From contig JAEOTC010000068.1 in assembly GCA_016840035.1 (NCBI GenBank), positions 19,128-83,127 of the forward strand: 64,000 nt of DNA, read 5' to 3'. Positions within the stretch are counted from its first letter, which is position 1. Each line of letters opens with the position of its first letter. This DNA is from Candidatus Hodarchaeota archaeon (GTDB lineage Archaea; Asgardarchaeota; Heimdallarchaeia; Hodarchaeales; Hodarchaeaceae). Of the stretch, positions 49,221-58,713 are shown one piece after another. The notes beneath the pieces are model-generated. The model searched no databases, was not told the DNA's origin, and was given only the letters and a program-made list of their open reading frames with translations. Made by a program: the position numbers and the translations under genes.

Positions 49221-49940
49221 TCATTTGAGGATTTGATCGAATAAATTCAACTCAAGAATCTTAGAACCGTAGAAGATTTCAGCATACGTGCATCCAACAA
49301 GGGAACCGAAATATCGCCCCATGCCTTCGATCCATGCTATTATTGGTGGATTATAAGATGGATGGGCTCTAAATTGCGATTCATAAGCGAGTAAGGCCTT
49401 TTTCTTAGTTTCAAAATGTTTACTAATATCAACTGTAAATTGTAGTGGTTGAGTTTGAGAAAATAATTCACGAGCTGTATAATAGTAAAACACGTTTTCT
49501 ATACGCCATGGCTCTAATCCATCAAATGAATGCTCCCATTTTGATAATCTACTATAAAAAATAGCTGCGTCGAATATCAGTTGACTCTGATAATGATCAG
49601 GAGATGCCCCTGGAGTCATACCCTGCATTCCAATGACAATTTTTGGTTTCATTTTGCGAAATACTTTAGCAAGTTTCATACGTGCTTCAATATTGTCTAG
49701 GAGTGTTCTATTTGGTAGATCAAGAGTAACTCGTTCTATTCCCAAAATCTTTGCCGCTTTTAAGGATTCATCAATACGAACTTGTGGATCATCGTTAAAA
49801 GGAGTTGGTTCACCGTTTGTTAGGTCTATAATTGCTATTTGATAGCCCATTTCCGATAGTAATGCCAGTGTACCCCCACAACCAATTTCTGCATCATCAG
49901 GATGAGGTGAAACTGCAATTAAATCAAAATTATTGCTCAT
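49221..49940 (-). CDS. PIG-L / LmbE family N-acetylglucosaminyl deacetylase
   Basis: IAVSPHPDDAEIGCGGTLA zinc-binding motif and a downstream SPDHYQ (HxDH-like) motif. Confidence 0.85.
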   Translation of the reverse strand: MSNNFDLIAVSPHPDDAEIGCGGTLALLSEMGYQIAIIDLTNGEPTPFNDDPQVRIDESLKAAKILGIERVTLDLPNRTLLDNIEARMKLAKVFRKMKPKIVIGMQGMTPGASPDHYQSQLIFDAAIFYSRLSKWEHSFDGLEPWRIENVFYYYTARELFSQTQPLQFTVDISKHFETKKKALLAYESQFRAHPSYNPPIIAWIEGMGRYFGSLVGCTYAEIFYGSKILELNLFDQILK

Positions 49941-50196
49941 AAGACCATTCTATCCTTGGATTCCTACAAGATTGACTAAAGTAAAAAACTACTCTACATC
50001 AATTATGGCTTTCACATAAAAATCGTGTAATATGATATACGCTAAAAATAACATCTGAATATCATTTAATATAGAAAGATAAGATCCTTCCAGAATTTAG
50101 CATTCCTTTTTAAGTAGAAGGATAATAAGAAAATCGACCGACAAGTGAGATAAGTGTTAGGAATTTGGTACCTTTCCCAGCAATTTATCGTTCTAA

Positions 50197-50949
50197 GTGA
50201 TTCTTAGTCTTTATTTCAAAGTAAAAATTTTCGAGGAACATTCATTGAGTCAAGAAGAAGAACTAGTGTTTGAAGAGTCGCAACAAGGGATCAAAATTGT
50301 TATCTGGGGACCAACGTTGGCAGGGAAAACCACAGCTTTAAGTTTATTCCATGCAATCAAGAAAAAAGAAGATCCTGAGAGTGTTTATAACTTTTTAAAA
50401 CTTGAAGATAAAGCTACAGAAAGAACTATTGGCTTTGACCAAGCTACGTTCGGTTTAGGAGGAGGTCCAGGTAAGGGATTCAAGTACCATCTTTTTACAA
50501 CACCTGGGCAAGACAGATTTAAATCTATGAGGAAGATTGTCATTAATGGACTTCATGGATTAATTGTTGTTATTGATTCGGAAAAAGCCCGATGGGAAGA
50601 GAATAGGGACAGCTTAAAAGAACTTTTTGAAGTCTCTGGAGATAAAATATACTCCGGAGATATAAAAATTGCCATAATGCTAAATAAAATGGATTTACCT
50701 GTTGAATCTCGTATCAGTGCTGCAGATGTTGGTAGATTAATGATCGAGGCAGGTGTCTCTGATAAATTACGGGATACTTTCGCAAGTACGTTTGAAGTAA
50801 GCTGCTTAGATGCCTTGAGCGCTTTACGTGATGCATGGAATAAGGGAGAATGGAATCCCAAGCAACGCCCTCAGGCGGTACAGAGAATTATTCAACCTAT
50901 TCAAATGGTAATTCGTGATATCCTAATTTCAGAACTCCAAAAACGTTGA
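50197..50949 (+). CDS. MglA-type small GTPase (Ras-superfamily, TRAFAC)
   Basis: G1 GPTLAGKT. G3 TTPGQ, with Thr in place of the Ras Asp as in MglA TVPGQ. G4 NKMD. G5-like VSCLD. GTG start. Confidence 0.85.
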   Translation: MILSLYFKVKIFEEHSLSQEEELVFEESQQGIKIVIWGPTLAGKTTALSLFHAIKKKEDPESVYNFLKLEDKATERTIGFDQATFGLGGGPGKGFKYHLFTTPGQDRFKSMRKIVINGLHGLIVVIDSEKARWEENRDSLKELFEVSGDKIYSGDIKIAIMLNKMDLPVESRISAADVGRLMIEAGVSDKLRDTFASTFEVSCLDALSALRDAWNKGEWNPKQRPQAVQRIIQPIQMVIRDILISELQKR

Positions 50950-51151
50950 ATAAATTATCTGGAGTGCTACTGGAACTTATTTTTGAATTTCTTGAGAACT
51001 TCCTCGACAAAAATAATATTATACCGTTTTTATCATTTAGGAATAATACATTTTTAGGTTGAATTTGTGAAGTTTGCAATAGATTCAGATTCGATATCAA
51101 TTTTGACGACTTACACTTAATTAATATCTAAGTATCTCTTGAGGACTAATA

Positions 51152-53038
51152 ATGAAGAAAAATAGACTACAGGAAATTATTGAGGGTCGCCATAAACTTG
51201 AAGAAAAGGAGAGATTACGGTTAGACCTCAAACCTTCTGAAATTCCTAGTTTACTAAAAGGAGAGGCCGCTTTATCCCCTACTACAAAAGCGGGGTGGCA
51301 AACCGAGGGTATTATACGCGCAATTATTTCAAACCTCCATAATGGAAAAAATTGGGAAGAGCTTTTCATTTATGGGGGTAGTGGAAAAGCGATGAGGAAT
51401 TGGAAGGCCTTTTACGAAACCATCGACATGCTAAAATCTTTGGAGACAAATGAAACCCTTTTTATGCAATCTGGAGTACCTTATGGAAAAACCATAACTC
51501 ACGAATTTGCCCCACGGTGTGTTGTGACAAATTCAGTCATTGTTCCGAACTGGACACAGTCCTTTCAAGAAATGGTTGACGCAGGACTGACAGTTTATGG
51601 TCAAATGACTGCAGGAAGTTGGATTTTTATTGGATTACAAGGGATAATCCAGGGGACATATGAAACAATGATTGAAGCAATAAAATCCGCTGAAACAGCA
51701 GTTAACTTTAGTAAATTAAATTCATTTGAACAAAAAATCATCGTTACCGCGGGCCTTGGTCTAATGGGAGGAGCTCAAGCCTTAGCCATTAAAATGACTG
51801 GAAAAATCGCGCTTATTGCCGAGATTGACCCCTCAAATCTAGATCGGATGTACAACGAAGGCCGAGAAAAAGGAATCCCATATCTAGATATCAAGGTTAC
51901 TTCTATCGAAGAGGGTGTAAAACTTGCACAGAAGTATGCGGAAAAAGATGAACCAACCTCTATTGGAATATTATGTAATGCCGTGGATTTGCTTGACTAT
52001 TTACTAAAGTATGAAATTACTCCTCATGTTCTTACTGACCAAACTTCAGCACATGATATGTTAAATGGATATGTTCCCTCTGGTATGTCTTTTGCAGAAG
52101 CAGTGGCCCTTAGAAAATCTAATCCTCAAAACTATAAAAAATTAGCCTTTAAAACAGTAAAAAAGCATGTAGAACTAATGGTAGAGCTACAGAAAAGAGG
52201 ATCGGAAACATTTGATTATGGAAATAATATTCGGACACAAGCGTTTAAGGGGGGCTATGGTAATGCTTACGATTTTTCAGGCTTTGTTCCAAATTATATA
52301 AGGCCATTGTTTTGTGAAGGAAAAGGACCATTTAGATGGGCCGCTTTATCTAACAATCCAGAAGACATTTTGACAACTGATAAATATGCTAAAATGCTTT
52401 TTCATGACGATTCAATGCTAGTTAAATGGATCAACCTCGCGTCAGAGTATATTCCTTTTGAGAAAGGCCTACCCGCACGAGTATTTTGGGCAGGTTACAA
52501 AGGTAGAGCAGCATTTGGTATGTTGTTAAATAAACTGTATGCCGATAAACTGATAGATGCACCCGTAATAATAGGTAGAGATCATTTAGATGGAGGATCT
52601 GTAGCAAGTCCTTTTAGAGAAACTGAAGGGATGAAGGATGGATCAGATGCGATAGGTGATTATCCAGTACTGAACCTTTTGGGAAATTCTCTTTCTGGTG
52701 CAACATGGGTGAGCTATCATGGAGGAGGAGGAGTCGGGGTCGGATATTCCCTTCATGCTGGACAGGTATGTGTTGCTGATGGTACTCAAATTTCACAGGA
52801 ACGATTATTTAGAGTACTTACTTGGGATCCTATGTCAGCAATATTGCGTCATGCGGCTGCAGGGTACGATAAATCTATTCAGATTGCAAGAACAAACGGA
52901 ATCATCGTTCCTGGAATCACCGAAACAAAATTTGTTGATTATAGACAATTATATGAAGAATTGATTTCAAAAGTCAAGGAACGTACTGGAATAAGTTTAT
53001 TTCCCCCCTCAGACAACATCAATTTTCAGATCCTTTAG
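51152..53038 (+). CDS. hutU: urocanate hydratase
   Basis: Long collinear identity blocks with bacterial urocanase: YGQMTAGSWIFIGLQGIIQGTYET, TDQTSAHD, FDYGNNIR, GFVPNYIRPLFCEGKGPFRWAALS, IGRDHLDGGSVASPFRETEGMKDGSDAI. Confidence 0.95.
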   Translation: MKKNRLQEIIEGRHKLEEKERLRLDLKPSEIPSLLKGEAALSPTTKAGWQTEGIIRAIISNLHNGKNWEELFIYGGSGKAMRNWKAFYETIDMLKSLETNETLFMQSGVPYGKTITHEFAPRCVVTNSVIVPNWTQSFQEMVDAGLTVYGQMTAGSWIFIGLQGIIQGTYETMIEAIKSAETAVNFSKLNSFEQKIIVTAGLGLMGGAQALAIKMTGKIALIAEIDPSNLDRMYNEGREKGIPYLDIKVTSIEEGVKLAQKYAEKDEPTSIGILCNAVDLLDYLLKYEITPHVLTDQTSAHDMLNGYVPSGMSFAEAVALRKSNPQNYKKLAFKTVKKHVELMVELQKRGSETFDYGNNIRTQAFKGGYGNAYDFSGFVPNYIRPLFCEGKGPFRWAALSNNPEDILTTDKYAKMLFHDDSMLVKWINLASEYIPFEKGLPARVFWAGYKGRAAFGMLLNKLYADKLIDAPVIIGRDHLDGGSVASPFRETEGMKDGSDAIGDYPVLNLLGNSLSGATWVSYHGGGGVGVGYSLHAGQVCVADGTQISQERLFRVLTWDPMSAILRHAAAGYDKSIQIARTNGIIVPGITETKFVDYRQLYEELISKVKERTGISLFPPSDNINFQIL

Positions 53039-53104
53039 AATTGCATCCAACTAAAGAATTAATTACTACAAATTACTTGAAATATTTAATCAGAAGGGTT
53101 CACA

Positions 53105-53569
53105 ATGGACAATCTAACACAAGAATCACCGTCAATCTCTCAGTGGATATCAAAGCACAAAGGAATTACTTTCTCATTAGGATTTGGTATAATATTCACA
53201 GGTATAGAAGTACTCTCAATTTTTGGATTCGACATAACCACTAGTGGCCCAATGTTGGTTATGATGCAAACTATTCTGTTAATAATCATCTTCTTTGGGA
53301 TGATGATTTTTATCTATAATTTTGGATACTTAGTAATCATGTTGACCGTTGATGAGGGTTTAAATGATGAGGAAGTAATTTTACTTAAGTGGATATTACG
53401 TAGAGCTGCATTGATATCGGTAGGATGGTTTGTTGGTGTTATTGTATTGATGTTAACCTTGAGTGATCAACCGTATTTATTAGCTGGAATGAATTGTCTT
53501 CTATTAGCCTTATTATTCATTATTCTTAGGAAAGGTGAGAATCCTTTAGTTGAAGGAGTCTCAATTTAA
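53105..53569 (+). CDS. membrane protein (4 TM), hypothetical
   Basis: 154-aa ORF with four hydrophobic helices. It ends 32 nt upstream of the AAA+/vWA gene. Confidence 0.5.
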   Translation: MDNLTQESPSISQWISKHKGITFSLGFGIIFTGIEVLSIFGFDITTSGPMLVMMQTILLIIIFFGMMIFIYNFGYLVIMLTVDEGLNDEEVILLKWILRRAALISVGWFVGVIVLMLTLSDQPYLLAGMNCLLLALLFIILRKGENPLVEGVSI

Positions 53570-53601
53570 CTTTCCCTCCTCTATTGTTGGAAATGTAATG
53601 T

Positions 53602-56559
53602 ATGGTTGATCCTAAAGGAAAATCACAGGAAATTTTTGAAGTACAACTATCATTTTCAGATTTTATAGGAAATCATTCATTGAAACTTCTCCTCATTCTT
53701 CTAGCAATCGACCCATCCTTGAGTGGAATGATTATTAAGGGGAATACAGGGACTGGTAAATCATTAATTCTTAAATTATTCAGGCAACTCAAAATACCCG
53801 CTGTTTTTCATAGGGATTGTGATTTTAACTGCTCTCCTAATAGTGAAACTTTGTGTGAAGAATGTAGTAGCGAAATTTTATTATCCCATACTAATAATAT
53901 CAAGAGTTCTCATGTTCCCATTATTAAGATGCCTGTTTATACCTCACTCGATAATTTAATTGGGAATCTCGATTTGCAATTCGATTTCCGTCCTGGTATG
54001 CTTGGGAAGGCTAATAATGGATATTTAATTGTTGACGATTTTCATTTACTTACAGAAGAAACAAAAGCTGTTCTTTTGAATATATGGCAAAGAAAAGTAA
54101 ACTCTGTTCAGAGGAATACTGTCTCCTTAGAACACCCCAGTAATTTTTGTTTGATATCTACATACAATCCAGTATTCTATGATAAAGAACCCAGCTGGAT
54201 GGATAGGTTTGCTTTTTCTTTCCCCCTACATTATGACCAGACTGTTGAGACTCATCTTGATATCATGAATCAAAACCTATACAAAGAAGATGCACAAGAG
54301 ATTGCACACATAGAGGAAATATATGACGAAAATTCTTCCCTTATAAAGGAAATCATCCGTTCTCGTAAGCTATTGGGTAAAGTATCGATTTCTTCTGATC
54401 TTGTTTTGTTTATCGCGAAAATTTGCAGTTTCAAAGGTCTAGATGGCGTAAGAGCCGATATTTCGTTTGTAAAAGGAGCAAAAGCTCTAGCTAGCTTTCA
54501 CAATCGGACCTATGTGACTAAGGAAGACATTTTATTTCTTATCGCGCCTGTTTTATCCCATCGTTTGTCAACTAGGGGCCTTAATGAATTGATGGAATCA
54601 TTAGATGGCATGCAGGCTAGTGAAAGAGTTGAATCTAGGAAGAAAGGTTTGAAGCAGGAATTGACAAGTGATTTTCCTCAAAAAAAGGGTAAAACATTCT
54701 CTTTTTTCTCAATAGTAGAAAAAATAATTCCATTTATTAGTATACTTTTCATTTCTTTTGTTATTAGTGCTTTACTCGTTAGATTTTTTTTTACACCTAG
54801 AGTGTTCATGTTTATTTTTGGTATTTTATCTTTATGGGGTTTTGGCTCCTTTTTGCTTTACATTTTGGTACGGAGACGCAAAAAATTGTTACTCCAATAC
54901 AGAAAGAAAGAAGATCAGCAAGATCAACCCCCTGATGTAAGTTCCTTTTCAAAAGTAAAATCTCTACGTTTAACAGAAACGACAAAAGAAGAAACTCGAG
55001 AGTTCAAGAAGAAACCTGAGCTTGATATTGAGGAAGATAAATCTACTCGTGGAAAAATTTTTCGATTTATAGGACTTCAAAAACGAAGAGGGATGATTAC
55101 TTTATCACAGAACCAAAGATATTGGATTTATATTTATGGAATCTTCATGATTTTCATTAGTATCATTCTTTACACAATTTTGATAATATACCTACCTGCA
55201 GAAATATGGGTTGCTATTTTATTCCTACTTCTCTGCCTTTTAACAATAGGATTCCTCCAACAATACAATCAGGAAAAATGGAGAATCAGACGAGTGGCAG
55301 ATGTTGGGGCATCAGCTGAAGAAACTAGTACCATGATAGATGGAGAGGGAATTGGCTCTCATATATCTCCAACAAAGAATCAAAATCGAGATTACAATTT
55401 AATGGAAGAATATGGGAGAAATATATGGCGAAAATTATCTAATTTAAACATGGTTCATCCTGAAACGGAAAAAAATGTGAAAAATCGACTGTTATTAGAT
55501 ACCAAGTCAGAAGGTACACACAAATCAATATCGAGAATAACTGGTGAAAGATTACCACAGGAAAGAGGACTAATCGATACGAAATTTCGATATCAGGCTG
55601 GTAAACGAGCTTTAAGTCTAAGTTCATCTCAAACAGGACGAATTGTCGGAAGTAAACCTTTCAAGGAATCTCCTAAGAATATTCATATAATGGCAACTAT
55701 AATGAATGCCTTAAGACATCAGAAACGCAGAAAATTAAGGGATTCAACAAAAAAGATTGAGATTAAGCTAGCAGATGTTCATGAAAAAGTGTACTGTGCA
55801 CGAGTGTCAGCTACAATAATTTTCGTGCTTGATCTATCTGAATCTATTATGAATGTAATCAATACTGTTTCAGCTTCAGTAAATTGGCTAAGTAGACAAG
55901 CGTATTTATATCGTGATAGGGTAGGCCTTGTAGTTTTACAAAAAACACAGGCAAAGGTGATACAGGCTCCAACTTCAAACCTAAATTTAGTGAAGCGAAA
56001 ATTACAAGAATTAGAAGTATCCGGATCCACTCCTTTACCCTCAGGTATACAAAAATCGTTAGATTTAATCCGGATTGATCGTATCAGAAGCAATGATGAA
56101 ACTATTCCGATGATAGTACTAATAACTGATGGTGCTTCAAATATCCCACTTTTAACAGATCCTATAACAGGAATTAAACGAGATAAACCAATTTCATCCC
56201 TTGGTATCGATTTGGCTATCAAAATGTCCATAAATGATTGTCTTATACTTGGACAACAGATAAAAAAAGACAAGATATCATTGGTAATTTTCAGCACGAA
56301 TACTCAAGGAATGTATTTATTACAAAAATATCCTGGGAGGGGACAACAAACCCCTTCACAATTTTTGGATACACTTATGAAAACATCAGACTTTTTCCAA
56401 GGAAAACAATTTATTCACCTTTGGTCTTACACATTACTAAAAACGATGCAAAATATCACAGGAGGGCATTTATTTTTTCTAACAAAAGAATTTATAGATA
56501 ATAATTTTGAAACGTTAAGAATAGCACGATCTAAAATTATAGCTAGTATAAACGGGTGA
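53602..56559 (+). CDS. ChlI/ChlD-like AAA+ domain - transmembrane linker - vWA (MIDAS) domain fusion protein
   Basis: FSDFIGNHSLKLLLILLAIDPSLSGMIIKGNTGTGKS parallels BchI [38 protein letters not shown]. Walker B reads YLIVDDFHLL (D in place of E). WMDRFA is present. About 4 TM helices are encoded at about 54720-55260. The C-terminal vWA has an intact MIDAS (VLDLSES, GSTPL, ITDGASN). Confidence 0.8.
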   Translation: MVDPKGKSQEIFEVQLSFSDFIGNHSLKLLLILLAIDPSLSGMIIKGNTGTGKSLILKLFRQLKIPAVFHRDCDFNCSPNSETLCEECSSEILLSHTNNIKSSHVPIIKMPVYTSLDNLIGNLDLQFDFRPGMLGKANNGYLIVDDFHLLTEETKAVLLNIWQRKVNSVQRNTVSLEHPSNFCLISTYNPVFYDKEPSWMDRFAFSFPLHYDQTVETHLDIMNQNLYKEDAQEIAHIEEIYDENSSLIKEIIRSRKLLGKVSISSDLVLFIAKICSFKGLDGVRADISFVKGAKALASFHNRTYVTKEDILFLIAPVLSHRLSTRGLNELMESLDGMQASERVESRKKGLKQELTSDFPQKKGKTFSFFSIVEKIIPFISILFISFVISALLVRFFFTPRVFMFIFGILSLWGFGSFLLYILVRRRKKLLLQYRKKEDQQDQPPDVSSFSKVKSLRLTETTKEETREFKKKPELDIEEDKSTRGKIFRFIGLQKRRGMITLSQNQRYWIYIYGIFMIFISIILYTILIIYLPAEIWVAILFLLLCLLTIGFLQQYNQEKWRIRRVADVGASAEETSTMIDGEGIGSHISPTKNQNRDYNLMEEYGRNIWRKLSNLNMVHPETEKNVKNRLLLDTKSEGTHKSISRITGERLPQERGLIDTKFRYQAGKRALSLSSSQTGRIVGSKPFKESPKNIHIMATIMNALRHQKRRKLRDSTKKIEIKLADVHEKVYCARVSATIIFVLDLSESIMNVINTVSASVNWLSRQAYLYRDRVGLVVLQKTQAKVIQAPTSNLNLVKRKLQELEVSGSTPLPSGIQKSLDLIRIDRIRSNDETIPMIVLITDGASNIPLLTDPITGIKRDKPISSLGIDLAIKMSINDCLILGQQIKKDKISLVIFSTNTQGMYLLQKYPGRGQQTPSQFLDTLMKTSDFFQGKQFIHLWSYTLLKTMQNITGGHLFFLTKEFIDNNFETLRIARSKIIASING

Positions 56560-56566
56560 ACTTTGA

Positions 56567-57418
56567 TTGGGAAAACAGATAATAAGCCTTCCTAAGCAAC
56601 TTTATCGACAAGGAGAACTCATTCAAGTAAGAATCCAATACTCACCGTCAGATTTTCCTATCCAGAAATGTGATATCAAATTAATTGGAAAAGAGAAAGT
56701 AGAATTCACCTTCCAATCTTTTACAGGTAAAAAAGGATTTCAACCAATTTGGGGTCTATTACTTCCGAGTAAACATTTTTATCAGGAAACCATTTTTTTA
56801 GATGAGCCCGTTGAGCTCGAGATATCGGGAAAAAGTCATGATGTAGCTGAAATCGAAATCCCCCTCAATGCCATACCTTCGTATTACGGAGAAAATGGAA
56901 AAGTAACATATTTTGTTCAAGTACGGTATGAAAGTATGACAAGAGTTGAAAAGAAAGGTGAAGTCCAAATTCTGATCGACTCAGACTATCAAACCAAAAA
57001 ACAACGAGATACAGTTAATATAGGGTCAGGAAGTATAGTAATTGACCATCTAAGTCCCTTACTTATTAATCAGGAAAACCGCATTTTAATCAATACAGAG
57101 GAAATAAAGACCCCTATTCGATTGATGTTGACAGGACAAGAAACGGTGACAGCATCAGGTGTTACAATTAATAATCCAGTTAAAGAAGTTCCACTTGGGC
57201 AATTTTTTTCAAAGGAAGACATTACTGACTTTCAAATGAAGTTTATCATCCCATCAGGATATCAACAGAGTTTCGAGGGGCTGCATACACGACTTGAATA
57301 CTCAATAGAGGTTCAGTCGGTACATTTGCTATCTCGATTTGGGATTAAACGCGAAAAAATTCGGACAATCTCCCGAATACCAGTCCGTGTAGAAGAAGGA
57401 ACGCAAATTAATCAATAG
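56567..57418 (+). CDS. arrestin-fold (arrestin/Vps26/Spo0M-like) two-lobed protein, tentative
   Basis: LYRQGELIQVRIQY...CDIKLIGKEKVEF resembles the arrestin_N opening. Each half ends with an arrestin-like P-S-[YF]-x-G...Y strand motif: IPSYYGENGKVTYFVQVRYE (about 56874) and IPSGYQQSFEGLHTRLEYSIEVQ (about 57247). TTG start 7 nt after the vWA gene. Confidence 0.55.
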   Translation: MGKQIISLPKQLYRQGELIQVRIQYSPSDFPIQKCDIKLIGKEKVEFTFQSFTGKKGFQPIWGLLLPSKHFYQETIFLDEPVELEISGKSHDVAEIEIPLNAIPSYYGENGKVTYFVQVRYESMTRVEKKGEVQILIDSDYQTKKQRDTVNIGSGSIVIDHLSPLLINQENRILINTEEIKTPIRLMLTGQETVTASGVTINNPVKEVPLGQFFSKEDITDFQMKFIIPSGYQQSFEGLHTRLEYSIEVQSVHLLSRFGIKREKIRTISRIPVRVEEGTQINQ

Positions 57419-57464
57419 ATTCGATTCCTTGCGTAGTCCAAACGCTAAGTGAAAAAAATGACTC

Positions 57465-57953
57465 TTGCGACACATTAAAAATAGAAATGCAAAGATATTG
57501 GTTTACATGTTACGACGAGAATTAGAACCTATCTTAGATGACATCATTAATTGGAGCATAAGAATAATTGGAATTAGTGTCGTAATCTCAATTTTAAGTA
57601 TTTTTATCACTGTAGATTTATCGGAATCCAGTACCTCATTTATTGAGATTTTTATCCTATCTGTCAGTAATTTTTCATTTTTTCTTGGCATGCTCGCAAT
57701 CTGTGCTGGATTGTTAATAGTATTTTTCAAAAGACCTGAAGGATCAGGTTCTTCCATAAGAAACAAAGAGGAGTTTATACCAATATATAAGAAAGGACGA
57801 AGAAAAACTCCTGTTTCTCAATTAGAGAAGAAAATTCATTCAAACTCTAAAACATCTTCCAAGCGTGATCTAAAATTAATACTTAGTGGTATTATCTCAG
57901 TTGCATTTGCAATAATTATATGGATTGGCTACTCGGTTATTATTCTGATCTGA
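57465..57953 (+). CDS. membrane protein (3-4 TM), hypothetical
   Basis: 162-aa ORF with hydrophobic helices separated by a basic loop (KKGRRKTPVSQLEKK). Confidence 0.5.
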   Translation: MRHIKNRNAKILVYMLRRELEPILDDIINWSIRIIGISVVISILSIFITVDLSESSTSFIEIFILSVSNFSFFLGMLAICAGLLIVFFKRPEGSGSSIRNKEEFIPIYKKGRRKTPVSQLEKKIHSNSKTSSKRDLKLILSGIISVAFAIIIWIGYSVIILI

Positions 57954-57963
57954 TTCCTTGTGT

Positions 57964-58713
57964 TTAAGGTTGGAATAACGAAAAGGCAATCAATACTGGA
58001 AGAGGAGCAAGGCATAAGGCAATGAGAATCGCATAGGCGTTTCTAAGATCTTTATTCCTGTTGAAAAATAAATAAATAGATACAATTGACTTTTCCAAAA
58101 ATAAAATCAAAAGGTAATTGTGAAGAACAGAATCTAATAAAGTAATTGCACGCAATTCTAGTTCTTCACCATTAAATCTAGTATGCCAAGGTGAGATAGG
58201 TTCAAGACCAGAATCTAGAATTGATAATACACTTCCATCATCGAACTCGACTTCTACCCAAGCATGCCATTTACCGATAAGTACATAACTATCGTACCCT
58301 CTTAAAATAAGAAGTGAACATGCTACAATTGCTAGTCCATCACAATCATCTGATCCGCTTTTTAAAACCTCTGAAATACTTGGCCGGTAATCCCAGGACA
58401 AATAATTTATGATATCTTCGTTATATGTTATTCGTTGGCGTATAAACCTGCCTACAGCGTAAACTTCTAATGCCTCAGGATCAGTTGGGTATGAAGACAG
58501 AGCTAAGAAATCATTCGCAAAGTAGTATTCAAACTCATAATTTAAAACCTGAATTTGAGGATCTTGGGGTTGAATTGAATCTGTAAGAGCAATTCGATGA
58601 TTTACCTGATCAGACCAAGCAAGGGGATTGGGTGTAAACCCTGTGAATAGATAAATTATAGTAAGGAGTCCTGCAACAAGTAGTTCTTTATGTGAAATAA
58701 TTCGAGGACTCAT
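57964..58713 (-). CDS. transglutaminase-like (papain-fold Cys-His-Asp) membrane protein
   Basis: Catalytic-core pattern GSDDCDGLAIVACSLLILRGY ... GKWHAWVEVEF ... ILDSG. An N-terminal TM helix and C-terminal TM helices. Confidence 0.8.
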   Translation of the reverse strand: MSPRIISHKELLVAGLLTIIYLFTGFTPNPLAWSDQVNHRIALTDSIQPQDPQIQVLNYEFEYYFANDFLALSSYPTDPEALEVYAVGRFIRQRITYNEDIINYLSWDYRPSISEVLKSGSDDCDGLAIVACSLLILRGYDSYVLIGKWHAWVEVEFDDGSVLSILDSGLEPISPWHTRFNGEELELRAITLLDSVLHNYLLILFLEKSIVSIYLFFNRNKDLRNAYAILIALCLAPLPVLIAFSLFQP

